Source: Buchnera aphidicola str. APS (Acyrthosiphon pisum)
GTDB lineage: Bacteria > Pseudomonadota > Gammaproteobacteria > Enterobacterales > Enterobacteriaceae
Direction of reading: 5' to 3'
DNA length: 32,000 nucleotides
Assembly: GCF_000009605.1 (NCBI RefSeq)
Contig: NC_002528.1
Location: 390,001-422,000 of the forward strand
The first letter of the stretch is position 1; each line of letters starts with the position of its first letter. Below are positions 1 to 10,569 of the stretch, one piece after another. The translations under genes were made by a program, and so were the position numbers. The notes beneath the pieces were generated by a model. The model made no database searches, was not told where the DNA came from, and saw only the letters and a list, made by a program, of their open reading frames with translations.

Positions 1-320
1 ATATTATTCAAAGAAAAATACCAGCAAATATTGTTTATCAAGATAAAAAAATCACTGCTTTTGAAGATATAAAACCAAAAGCACCTGTACATATATTAAT
101 TATACCTAATTTTTTTATTTCATCATCAAATGATATCAATAAAAAAAACAAATGGATTATGTCACATATGTTTTATATTGCCGTGAAAATTGCAAAACAA
201 AAAAAAATAAATCAAGAAGGATATAGAATTATTATTAATTGTAATGAATATGGAGGTCAGGAAATCAATTATCTACACATGCATTTATTAGGCGGCAAAA
301 AATTAAAATCTTTCTCCTAA
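1..320 (+). CDS. hinT: HIT-family protein HinT (YcfF), 3' part only, truncated by the window edge
   Basis: Reading from base 3: [36 protein letters not shown]...[22 protein letters not shown], matching the HinT core and HIT motif; stop TAA at 318-320. Confidence 0.9.
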   Translation, partial: IIQRKIPANIVYQDKKITAFEDIKPKAPVHILIIPNFFISSSNDINKKNKWIMSHMFYIAVKIAKQKKINQEGYRIIINCNEYGGQEINYLHMHLLGGKKLKSFS

Positions 321-378
321 TTTTTTTATAGAAAAAATTTTTATGAAAATTTCTTTTTTTACATTATAAGGATAAGAT

Positions 379-906
379 TTGAGAAGAAATTTGTTATTGA
401 TATTATTTATTATATTTTTTATAAATAGTTGTTCTTATTCTAAAAATATAGAGAATACTTTTTCGAAGGTAAAAAAAACAAATTTTATTCTTTTAAAATT
501 TGATTCTGCTATAGAAAAGATCATTTCGGAAATGTTAAAACCTAATCATATATTAATCTTTAATAAAAAATTATTTTTTATTGATTTACTAGAAAATCAA
601 ACTAATATTTTTATAGACAGGGAAAAAATTACAGATTTAATAAAACACAAAATTTCCATAAAAAATAATGACATTCATTTTCTTGAAAAAAATATGATTA
701 AAAAAAATAAAAAAAAAATAGGTATTTTAGAAATAAAAAAATCACTAGATACCAGTACTGCAATTTTTTTCTCTCGCAATAACAATGTAGAATATTATAT
801 ACACAGCTGTATTTCTGGTAAAAATGAACCTTTTTTATTAAAAATTGAATTGATACTTGTTAAAACAGGAGAAATAGTATTTATGAAAGAAGAGAGATGC
901 TATTGA
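379..906 (+). CDS. lpoB: LpoB/YcfM-like outer-membrane lipoprotein (PBP1b activator)
   Basis: 175 aa with N-terminal hydrophobic signal and Cys (LFIIFFINSCS), C-terminal ...LLKIELILVKTGEIVFMKEE resembling LpoB, and position directly after hinT as in enterics. TTG start with AAGGA upstream. Confidence 0.7.
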   Translation: MRRNLLLILFIIFFINSCSYSKNIENTFSKVKKTNFILLKFDSAIEKIISEMLKPNHILIFNKKLFFIDLLENQTNIFIDREKITDLIKHKISIKNNDIHFLEKNMIKKNKKKIGILEIKKSLDTSTAIFFSRNNNVEYYIHSCISGKNEPFLLKIELILVKTGEIVFMKEERCY

Positions 907-1154
907 TAAAAACGGTATGTAAAAAAATTATATTTTATATATAAAAAATATTAAGACTAATTTTGAAAATAAAAAAAGACTTTTTGATGTGTCTAAGAGT
1001 AGTTCTTTCTACCGACGTTCGTATAATTAAATAATTAATTATTCTGAAATATAATAAATAGATTTCTCTATTATATGTCAGTAGAAAGTTCTAACTCTTA
1101 GTTGTTTTAGAAAAAAAGCTAAATTAATTTTAAAAAATATATATTTTCATGAAA

Positions 1155-2303
1155 TTAGAAATGATAAACTATTCCAGCACCAATGGTGTTATCTGTAGGA
1201 ATGTTTTGCTCTTTAATAACATTATCACTCTTTAATAAATTAATTGTATAATTCATATATGTAGAAATATTTTTGTTAAATTCATAACGAGTAGAAATAT
1301 TAATTTGTTTTGCTAATTCTAAATTTTTAGGAACAGTAGTAGCATCTTTTATATTTAAATTTTGCCCCTTAGAATCTAAATAACTCAAGGAAGGATGAAA
1401 TCCAGAATGAAAATTATATTCTGCAATCGCTTCAATATTTTGAGTTTTATTGATATATGGTTGATCCTTAGAAGCATTATTATCGCTAAGAATATTTAAT
1501 GATGGTGTTAAATTACGTCCTTCACCATAAAATGCTGCTATATATATATCATTAGCATCATATTTAAAACCTAAACCATATGCACCTACAGAAGGAGTTA
1601 GCTTGTTGTCTTGATTACTTTTGTCAGATTGAAATCTTTGAGAAGAAAAACAAGAACCAATGGCAGTAAGTCCCACATCAGTTTCATATTTTATAGAAAT
1701 ACCCCAACCAGGACCATTTGTCTGATTTTGCGCTCTATTTTCAGATTGATCTTGATACTGTAATATAAAACTCATTCCGTCAATTAAACCAAAAATATCA
1801 TCATTTTTATAAGTAAGTAAACTATTGCTTCTACCCGTCATATAGTTATCGTTATACGAAAATATACTATCTTTATTAATATATGGAGAACGATTAGTCA
1901 ACGCTTGCACGTCATGTAAAACACCATAATTACGACCATAATCTATTGATCCCCAATTGCCATACTTGAAACCAGCATATCCTAGACGTAAATTGTTAGG
2001 TTGCTGTTTATCTAACAATTGTTCTGGTACAGAAAGATCAATTCCATATTCAATAGTCGCATAACTAAATAGTTCATCAGCAATATTTACCTCCCCCGAT
2101 AAACCTAAAATAGCATTTGTATCGTCTTTATGAGATGTAATTTTATTTGCTAAAAAACTATGATTTAATTTATGATTAGGATTAATGCTACCATATAACT
2201 CAAGTTTATTACCATGTTTGTGAAAAACTTCTAAAGCATTAACTCCATTACTAGCAGCTAATAACATTGGGATTACCATTGCTAAAGATTTACGATTTGT
2301 CAT
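1155..2303 (-). CDS. General porin, OmpF/OmpC family
   Basis: 382 aa; signal peptide MTNRKSLAMVIPMLLAASNGVNA, NKLELYG, DYGRNYGV, FGLIDGMSFILQYQ, GLGFKYDANDIYIAAFYGEGRN, terminal GIVYHF; next to asnS as in enteric ompF. Confidence 0.93.
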   Translation of the reverse strand: MTNRKSLAMVIPMLLAASNGVNALEVFHKHGNKLELYGSINPNHKLNHSFLANKITSHKDDTNAILGLSGEVNIADELFSYATIEYGIDLSVPEQLLDKQQPNNLRLGYAGFKYGNWGSIDYGRNYGVLHDVQALTNRSPYINKDSIFSYNDNYMTGRSNSLLTYKNDDIFGLIDGMSFILQYQDQSENRAQNQTNGPGWGISIKYETDVGLTAIGSCFSSQRFQSDKSNQDNKLTPSVGAYGLGFKYDANDIYIAAFYGEGRNLTPSLNILSDNNASKDQPYINKTQNIEAIAEYNFHSGFHPSLSYLDSKGQNLNIKDATTVPKNLELAKQINISTRYEFNKNISTYMNYTINLLKSDNVIKEQNIPTDNTIGAGIVYHF

Positions 2304-2442
2304 AATTTTTTATACTACCTTTTAGTAAAAATAATTTAAATTAATATCAGTTTATTAAAATAAATATTATTTTTTTATATTTTGTATTTATATCTAAATA
2401 CGAAAATACAAATAATTATTTAGTAAATGTTAAATTTTTTCA

Positions 2443-3843
2443 TTAAAAATAAGCGTTATTAACGGTACGTGGAAATGGAATGAGATCTCGTATATTTGTT
2501 ATACCAGTAAAATAAGAAATCAGTCGTTCAAAACCCATTCCAAAACCTGAGTGTGGAACTGTTCCGTATCGACGCAAATCGCGATACCACCAATAATCCT
2601 CTTTTTTTAGCCCTAATTCTAATAAACGTTCATCTAAAATTGCAATACGTTCCTCTCTCTGAGAACCACCAATTAGTTCTCCGACATTAGGCACTAATAT
2701 ATCTATTGCTGCAACAGTTTTTTTATCGTTATTCAGTCTCATATAAAATGCTTTTAATTCTTTTGGATAGTTTTTTACTATTACCGGAATTTTAAAATAA
2801 TTTTCTACAAGAAAACGTTCATGTTCAGAAGATAGATCTATACCTAAAAAAACAGAGTTATTAAATTTAATCTTGGAATCAAGCAAAATATTTATGACTT
2901 CTACATAATCTATACGTACAAAATCTACTAATAAAAATTTTTCTAAACGATCAACTATATTACTATTAGTATAGTTTTCAAGAAAATTAATATCTGTTAT
3001 ACATTTTTTTAAAAGAGATTTGCAAACATATTTTAACATACACTCAGCAAAATCTGATATATCATTTAAGTCTGTAAAAGCTGATTCTACTTCTAGCATC
3101 CAAAATTCCGCTAAATGACGACCCGTATTAGAATTTTCAGCACGAAATGTAGGGCCAAAAGTATATACTTTAGATAAAGAACAGGCATATGTTTCTAAAT
3201 TTAACTGTCCCGAAACAGTTAAAAAAGATTCTTTTCCAAAAAAATCTTTTTTAAAATCAACGGAACTATCTAAATTTTTAGGAATGTTTTCCATATCTAA
3301 TGTTGAAACACGAAACATTTCTCCAGCACCTTCAGTATTCAAACTAGTTATAATAGGAGTTGGAACCCAGTAATATTTTTCTTTATAAAAAAAATGATGT
3401 AATGAGTGTAATATATAATTTCTTATTCGAGCTATCGCGCCTATTAAATTTGTTCGAGATCGTAAATGTGCTACTTCTCTCAGATATTCTGTGCTATGTT
3501 TTTTAGAAGATATTGGATAAGTCTCTGGGTTTTCAACCCAACCCAAAACTTTAATTTTTTTCAATTGAATTTCATATTTTTGTTTATCTCCAATTGATAG
3601 TATTAATTTTCCACTAAGCATCACAGAACACCCAGTTGTTAGGTGTAGTATTTCTTTATAATAATTAGGCAAAGTATTATTTGCAATCACTTGTATAGAA
3701 TTAAAACATGAACCATCATAAATTGTAATAAAAGAAAAACCAGATTTTGAACTTCTACGGTTCCGAACCCATCCACATACAGTAATTAAACTATTTACTA
3801 TTATATCATCTTTATATATATCTGATATTGATACTCTATTCAT
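2443..3843 (-). CDS. asnS: Asparaginyl-tRNA synthetase
   Basis: 466 aa full length; [78 protein letters not shown]. Confidence 0.97.
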   Translation of the reverse strand: MNRVSISDIYKDDIIVNSLITVCGWVRNRRSSKSGFSFITIYDGSCFNSIQVIANNTLPNYYKEILHLTTGCSVMLSGKLILSIGDKQKYEIQLKKIKVLGWVENPETYPISSKKHSTEYLREVAHLRSRTNLIGAIARIRNYILHSLHHFFYKEKYYWVPTPIITSLNTEGAGEMFRVSTLDMENIPKNLDSSVDFKKDFFGKESFLTVSGQLNLETYACSLSKVYTFGPTFRAENSNTGRHLAEFWMLEVESAFTDLNDISDFAECMLKYVCKSLLKKCITDINFLENYTNSNIVDRLEKFLLVDFVRIDYVEVINILLDSKIKFNNSVFLGIDLSSEHERFLVENYFKIPVIVKNYPKELKAFYMRLNNDKKTVAAIDILVPNVGELIGGSQREERIAILDERLLELGLKKEDYWWYRDLRRYGTVPHSGFGMGFERLISYFTGITNIRDLIPFPRTVNNAYF

Positions 3844-3990
3844 AAAACCGTTCCTTTTATACTTATTTTAAAAAATAGATTGTTATAAAAATAATTTTTT
3901 TAAAAAAGTAAAAGTTTTTTATTTTAAAAAAAATTATTTGAGCTTGAAAAGGTTATTTAATTATTAAAAATAATATAAAAAATTTTTAGT

Positions 3991-5190
3991 TTATCTATTT
4001 TTTAATGATACATTAAATACTTGACATAAATTTTTTAAAAAAATTCGATCTAAACAAAAGGTTTTTCCTGGACTATCAGATATTTTAGCAACAGGTTTAC
4101 CATTGCATTCTACTAATTTAATGACAATATTTAGCGGTTTTACATAAGGAATATCACAAGTTAATTTGGTACCTATTCCAAAAATAACATTAATTTTTTT
4201 ATGAAATTTTTTATATAAAGATATAATTTTTTTAAAATCTAAGTTGTCAGAAAACAATAATGTTTTTGTGCATGGATCTATACCTAATTTTTCATAATGT
4301 TTAAGAGCTTTTTCACCCCATTTCACAGGATCTCCTGAATCATGTCTAATACCTTGGTAAAAAGAAGCAAAATGTAAATTAAAATCATCTAAAAATGCAT
4401 CCATAGTGATTGAATCTGTAAGAGCAATACCTAGATGATTCTTGTATTGATATAACCATTTTTGTAATGCTAAAATCTGACTATTTTTTAAATTTGATCC
4501 AATTTGTTGATGTGCTTGAAACCACTCATGAGCTTGTGTTCCTACTGGTTTTATTTTTAATATACGAGCTATATGGTAATTGCTAGAACCAATTAAAAAG
4601 GGAAAACTTTCTTTTAATCTTTTAACAATAGAATATTGCACATCATAAGAAAATCTTCTTCTTGTTCCGAAATCTACAATTTTTAAATGAGATAAATCTA
4701 TATATTTAGTACGATTAAAGAATTTTTTTAATTTAATATCCAAATATTGCAAAGCAGATTGAGAAGTAATTTCTGGAGAAAAATTTCCATGAAAAACTTC
4801 GCTAATTAAAGCTAAAATAGGTACTTCCCACAATATTACTTCTTTCCATAATCCACTTATACGAATATGTAATCGACCTTGATAGCTATTGATCTTTACT
4901 TGCGAAACATTATAACGAAATTTTTTTAACCAATGTAAATATTCTTTTTTAAAAAAGGGAAAAGAGGTCATATAAACATATTCTTCATGACTTAAAGATA
5001 AAGATCTCATCATACTAATCTGATCTAATAAAATATTTGCATAGCAACCTAAAAAGTTATCTCCTCTGCAAAGAAATTCAGCAACTACATTTACATTTTT
5101 ATAATGATAAAAAACAGCTTGTTGCATATGCAGTTTATATGCATCAGTATCAAGCAGTGTTTTTACTATTGGATAATCATATCGTTTCAT
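3991..5190 (-). CDS. pncB: Nicotinate phosphoribosyltransferase
   Basis: 399 aa; [77 protein letters not shown]. Confidence 0.96.
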
Positions 5191-5462
5191 AGTATTCTTT
5201 ATCTTTTTTAATCTACTTTTTTAATATAAAAAAACTATATAACATACTATATCATCCTAGTGACGTTATAGAATATAATAATACTATTATAAAATCTTTT
5301 ATAAAAATATAACATAAATAGAAAAGTTATCAATTTTTCAAAAAAAAATAATATCTTTAAAAAAAGATAGCACGTAAAATAAAATTATTCTCATTTTACA
5401 TGTATAGAGTTTTTTACAATATTATTGTATATGATTTTATTCTATATCAAAAAGGAATAACA

Positions 5463-6475
5463 ATGTTTTATTATTTCATTCGTAAGCTATTATTTTTATT
5501 AGAGCCTGAAAAAGCTCATTTTCTAACCTTAAAATATCTAAATATTAAAAATATCCAGTTTTTTGATTTTTTTTTTATAAAACTATCATATTATCAAAAA
5601 AAATTAAATGTATGGGTTTAATCTTCGATAACAAACTAGGAACGGCAGCAGGAATAGATAAAAACGGAGAATATATAGATGCTTTATCCAAACTAGGATT
5701 TGGTTTTATTGAAGTAGGTACTGTTACTCCTTTACCTCAAGTTGGAAATCCAAAACCTAGAATGTTTCGAATAGTTTCTATGGAAGGAATTATTAATAGA
5801 ATGGGATTTAATAATTTAGGAATAGACAATCTAATTCGTAATATAAAAAAATCTAATTTTAAAGGCATAATAGGTGTTAATATTGGAAAAAATAAAAGTA
5901 CTAGTTTAGAAAATTCAGTTGACGATTATTTAATATGTATAGAAAAAATTTATTGTTATGCTGGCTATATTGCAATTAATATTTCATCACCTAATACTAC
6001 AAATTTAAGAAATTTACAATATGGAATACTTTTTAAGAAACTATTATATAAAATAAAAAAAAAACAAAAAGAACTTCATAAAAAATATTTAAAATACGTT
6101 CCTATAGCAATTAAAATCTCACCGGATCTTTCGATAAAGGAATTAGTTGATATTTCAAAACAATTAATTAGATATAAAATAGATGCGGTAATTGCAACTA
6201 ATACGACGCTAGATCACTCATCATTATTTGGATTAAAGAATAGTTCAGAACAAGGCGGTTTAAGCGGATTACCTTTACAAAAGAAAAGTACCAACACTAT
6301 CTCAATCTTATCAAAAAGTTTACAAAAAAAAATTCCTATTATTGGAGTCGGTGGAATTAATTCTATAAATTCAGCTAAAGAAAAAATAGAATCAGGAGCG
6401 ACTTTAATACAAATTTATTCTGGATTGGTATATCATGGGCCAAAATTAATTAAAAAAATTATTAATCATATATAA
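5463..6475 (+). CDS. pyrD: Dihydroorotate dehydrogenase (quinone), class 2; reading frame interrupted by an apparent 1-nt loss near 5567-5603
   Basis: First segment [29 protein letters not shown]... (ATG 5463, AAAGGA upstream) corresponds to the PyrD N-terminus; the second (5612-6475, -1 frame) covers [25 protein letters not shown]...[11 protein letters not shown]...[15 protein letters not shown]. Together they give one complete PyrD. Confidence 0.88.
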
Positions 6476-6650
6476 TATTTTTATTTGCATATTTTCACAT
6501 TGACTTTCTAGTACAGAATATTTACTAAATATTATTAAAAATTTTAAATAAATATAATTATTTAAACTATTTATATTATATATATAATATACTCAATATA
6601 TTATAAAAATAATTTTTAATTATTAAAATACTAATGATAAAAAATAAAAA

Positions 6651-8756
6651 ATGAATGATTTATTTGCAAGTACAAATTTTGGTACTGAAAAATTACTAGA
6701 AAAAGAACTCTTATCTTTAGGAGTATCAGATATAAAAATAATCAAGGGAGGAATATATTATAAATCTAATGACTTATTATTATATAAAAGTTTAATGTGG
6801 AGTCGAATTGCTTCGCGTATTTATTTATGCATAAAAATTTTTACTATTAATAACATCGATGATCTTTATGATCACGTGTACAGTATTAATTGGACTGAAA
6901 TTTTTCATATCCACAATACTTTTTTAGTTAATTTTAAAGGAACTAATAATTTTATTCGTAATAGTTTATTTGGAGCTCTTGTAACCAAAGATGCAATTAT
7001 TGACCAATTCCAAAATAAATACGCTTCTCGTCCAAATGTAAATCTTATTGAACCCGATATCCGAATAAAACTTGTACTGTTAAATAACAATATCTTGCAT
7101 ATTATGCTAGATTTGAGTGGCGAACCTTTAAATAAAAGAGGATATCGTCAATTCTATAACACTACTCCTATTAAAGAAAATCTAGCAACTGCAATTGTAT
7201 TAAGTTCAGGATGGAATGAGAATACTCCTATGATAGATCCTATGTGTGGTTCAGGAACATTTCTCATCGAAGCAGCGATGATATCTTCTGATAGAGCACC
7301 TGGATTAAAAAGATTAAAATGGGGGTTTCAATTTTGGAAAAAATATAATAAAAATTTATGGAAAAAAGTTTTAGAGGAAGCGGAAGAAAAATTTAAAATA
7401 GGAATAAAAAAATGTTTTCAAAATTATTTTATAGGATACGATTATGATCCTGAAATCATAAAAAAAGCTAAAAAAAATGCATCAAATGCAGGTGTTTTAA
7501 AAATAATTCAATTTTTAACAAAAGATGTGAATAACTTAAAAAATGTTTATCATAAAGAACAAGAAGGAATAATACTAAGTAACCCCCCATATGGAGAAAG
7601 ATATCAAACTGAAAATAAATTAGTAGGTTTATATGTACAATTAGGAATAACAGCAAAAAAATACTTTAAAAATTGGAAATTATCAATATTTAGTGCATCA
7701 ACATTTTTATTGGATTTTTTGCAAATGCAATCACATGAAAAATATTTTTTTAAAAACGGTCCGTTAAATTGTATCCAAAAAAATTTTTTAATTTTTTTTA
7801 AAAATTCTAGTATTACAACAAATGAATTTAAAGATAGATTAAACAAAAATTTTAAAAAATTAAAAAAATGGATTAATTCGGAAAAACTAGAATCCTTTCG
7901 AGTTTATCATGCAGATTTACCGAATTATAATATAATAGTAGATGTTTATGATAAATGGGTGGTAATTCAAGAATATCAAGCTCCAAAATCAATAGATCAT
8001 AATAAAGCATTTAAAAGATTGTGTGATGCTATTTACTATACAAAAGAGGTATTATCTATTTCTATAAATAATATCGTATTAAAAACTAGAATAAAAAACA
8101 AAAATAAAACACAGTATAAAAAATTATTTAATAGTAATGATTTTATCACTATTAAAGAATATCATGCAAAATTTTTAGTGAATTTAACAGATTATGTAGA
8201 TACTGGATTATTTTCAGACAAACGACTGGTAAGAAAGCTATTAGGAGTATTAGCTAAAGGAAAAGATTTTCTTAATTTATTTTCATATACTGGAACCGCT
8301 ACTGTTTATGCTGGATTAGGACACGCAAATAGTACAACAAGCGTAGATATTTCTAATACTTATATAAAATGGTCAGCACGTAATATGTCTCTTAATAATC
8401 TAACTAGTTCTCAGCATAATTTTATTCAATATGATTGCTTAAAATGGATTAAAAAAACTAATCAGAAATTTGATCTTATATTCATCAATCCGCCAACTTT
8501 TTCAAATTCTAAAAAAATGCAACAATCTTTTGATTTAAAAAGAGACTATCTTGACGTAATGATACACTTAAAAAAAATTTTACGTCATGATGGCACAATT
8601 ATTTTTTCCAGTTCTACACGAAATTTTGAAATTAACTTTAATTGCATTAAAAAAATGCAATTACATGCAAAAAAAATTACTAACAAAATACAATCGAAAG
8701 ATCATTTAAAAAATTCAAATATTTACCATTCGTGGTTAATAAAACATATAAAGTAA
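6651..8756 (+). CDS. rlmL: 23S rRNA methyltransferase RlmKL (YcbY): THUMP + RlmL + RlmK fusion
   Basis: 701 aa, full length; LFASTNFGTEKLLEKEL, DPMCGSGTFLIEAAMI, IILSNPPYGERY, then second domain NLFSYTGTATVYAGLGHANSTTSVD and DLIFINPPTFSNSKKM. Confidence 0.94.
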   Translation: MNDLFASTNFGTEKLLEKELLSLGVSDIKIIKGGIYYKSNDLLLYKSLMWSRIASRIYLCIKIFTINNIDDLYDHVYSINWTEIFHIHNTFLVNFKGTNNFIRNSLFGALVTKDAIIDQFQNKYASRPNVNLIEPDIRIKLVLLNNNILHIMLDLSGEPLNKRGYRQFYNTTPIKENLATAIVLSSGWNENTPMIDPMCGSGTFLIEAAMISSDRAPGLKRLKWGFQFWKKYNKNLWKKVLEEAEEKFKIGIKKCFQNYFIGYDYDPEIIKKAKKNASNAGVLKIIQFLTKDVNNLKNVYHKEQEGIILSNPPYGERYQTENKLVGLYVQLGITAKKYFKNWKLSIFSASTFLLDFLQMQSHEKYFFKNGPLNCIQKNFLIFFKNSSITTNEFKDRLNKNFKKLKKWINSEKLESFRVYHADLPNYNIIVDVYDKWVVIQEYQAPKSIDHNKAFKRLCDAIYYTKEVLSISINNIVLKTRIKNKNKTQYKKLFNSNDFITIKEYHAKFLVNLTDYVDTGLFSDKRLVRKLLGVLAKGKDFLNLFSYTGTATVYAGLGHANSTTSVDISNTYIKWSARNMSLNNLTSSQHNFIQYDCLKWIKKTNQKFDLIFINPPTFSNSKKMQQSFDLKRDYLDVMIHLKKILRHDGTIIFSSSTRNFEINFNCIKKMQLHAKKITNKIQSKDHLKNSNIYHSWLIKHIK

Positions 8757-8775
8757 ATTCAAGGATAGTAATTTT

Positions 8776-10566
8776 ATGTCTTTAATTAATATTCATAATG
8801 CCTCTTTATCATTTAGTAATTTGCAAATATTAGAAAAAAGCACCTTTCATATCAACAAAAATGAACGAGTCTGTTTAATTGGCAAAAATGGAGCTGGAAA
8901 ATCTACTTTATTAAAAATTATTAATAAAAAACAAGATTTAGATGAAGGTCAGATTATTTATAAAAAAAATACAACAACAGCTTATTTAGAACAGAATAAC
9001 CCTAAAAATCTTAATATTTCTATATATGATTTTATCGCTTTAGGATTGAAAGAACACGAAAAAAATAAAAAAAAACACACAAACGAAATTGTAAAAATAG
9101 AAAAAATAATTGAATTGATTAAATTAAATAAAAACACTTTATTATCCCATCTATCTGGAGGTTTATTAAGAAAAGTCGCATTAGGTCGTGTATTGGTAAG
9201 GGAACCTGATATACTACTACTTGATGAACCTACAAATCACTTGGATATGAAAACAATTAAATGGCTTGAAACATTTTTAAAAAAATTTTCTGGTAGTATA
9301 CTATTTGTATCACACGATAGAAATTTTATTCAAAATGTATCTACACGAATTATAGATCTTGATCGTGGAAAATTAGTTTCTTGGCCAGGTGATTATGAAA
9401 ATTTTATAAAATTAAAAAATGAAAGTTATCGTATTGAAAAAATACAAAAACAATTATTTGATAAAAATTTAGAAAAGGAAGAACAATGGATTAGAAAAGG
9501 TATCAAAGCACGTTCTACTCGAAACGAAGGCAGAGTTAAAAAATTAAAAATATTGCAAAAAGAACAAAAAGATTACAAAAAAATAGAAAAAATAAATAAT
9601 ATCGAAATTAATCAATCAAAAAATTATTTAGGAAAAATAATTTTTAAGTTAGATAATATAGACTTTTTAGTAAATAATAAAATTATTATTAAAAATTTTT
9701 CATCAATTATTCAACATGGTGATAAATTAGCATTAATTGGTGATAATGGATGTGGGAAAAGTACATTAATTAAAATCATTATAGGGGAAAATAAACCTCA
9801 AAAAGGAAAAATTTATATAGGTAAAGGATTAAAAATATCATATTTTGATCAAAATAGATCTTTTTTAAATCCAAATAAATCTATTATAGAAAATATAGAT
9901 TATGGAAAAGAAAAAATTTTGTTAAATAGCAGAGAACAACATATAATAAGATACTTAAAAAATTTTCTTTTCAAACCCAATCAATTAAAATCTTTAGTAA
10001 AAACATTATCAGGTGGTGAATGTAATAGGTTACTTTTAGCTCAATTGTTTTTAAAACCAAGTAATGTTTTAATTCTTGATGAGCCTACAAACGATTTAGA
10101 CTTAGACACTCTGCAATTGCTAGAAAAAATTATTATTGCCTATAAAGGTACTGTTATTATTGTTAGCCATGATAAAACATTCATTAAAAATACCGCAAAA
10201 AAATGTTGGTTTTTTGAGAAAAATGGATTTATCAATACTCATTTCAGTCAATATGATTCTTTAAAAAAAGAAAAAAATAATTTTCATAAAGAAAAAATAC
10301 AAAAAAATAAATCTAAAATAAATCTTGCTATTAAAATAAAAAATAATTTCAAAAAAGAACTCAATGCTATTTTATATGAAATAGAAACAATTGAACTTGA
10401 CATTAAGACATTACAAAAAAAAGTAAATGAACCTGATTTTTTCAAAAAAACGTTAGAAGAAAAATTACCAACACTTAAAATGCTAGCTCAAAAAGAAAGA
10501 AAATTAGGAAAAAAAATACTTTTTTGGGAAAAATTAGAAAAAAATATTATAAATACTAAAATATAG
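8776..10566 (+). CDS. uup: ABC-F family ATPase Uup
   Basis: 596 aa with two ABC domains: Walker A GKNGAGKST and GDNGCGKST, signatures LSGGLLRKVALGR and LSGGECNRLLLAQ, LLLDEPTNHLD and LILDEPTNDLD, plus a coiled C-terminal tail. Confidence 0.92.
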   Translation: MSLINIHNASLSFSNLQILEKSTFHINKNERVCLIGKNGAGKSTLLKIINKKQDLDEGQIIYKKNTTTAYLEQNNPKNLNISIYDFIALGLKEHEKNKKKHTNEIVKIEKIIELIKLNKNTLLSHLSGGLLRKVALGRVLVREPDILLLDEPTNHLDMKTIKWLETFLKKFSGSILFVSHDRNFIQNVSTRIIDLDRGKLVSWPGDYENFIKLKNESYRIEKIQKQLFDKNLEKEEQWIRKGIKARSTRNEGRVKKLKILQKEQKDYKKIEKINNIEINQSKNYLGKIIFKLDNIDFLVNNKIIIKNFSSIIQHGDKLALIGDNGCGKSTLIKIIIGENKPQKGKIYIGKGLKISYFDQNRSFLNPNKSIIENIDYGKEKILLNSREQHIIRYLKNFLFKPNQLKSLVKTLSGGECNRLLLAQLFLKPSNVLILDEPTNDLDLDTLQLLEKIIIAYKGTVIIVSHDKTFIKNTAKKCWFFEKNGFINTHFSQYDSLKKEKNNFHKEKIQKNKSKINLAIKIKNNFKKELNAILYEIETIELDIKTLQKKVNEPDFFKKTLEEKLPTLKMLAQKERKLGKKILFWEKLEKNIINTKI

Positions 10567-10569
10567 AAT

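Noticed and set aside
5612-6475. ORF starting ATG at 5612 as a complete independent gene
   Set aside because: It begins at the conserved C-M-G-L position inside PyrD, has no Shine-Dalgarno-like sequence, and the missing N-terminus lies directly upstream in another frame.
6905-7846. Minus-strand ORFs of 61-80 aa (6905-7090, 7468-7656, 7604-7846)
   Set aside because: Wholly antisense to the well-supported rlmL; hydrophobic low-complexity products typical of the opposite strand of Lys-rich coding DNA.
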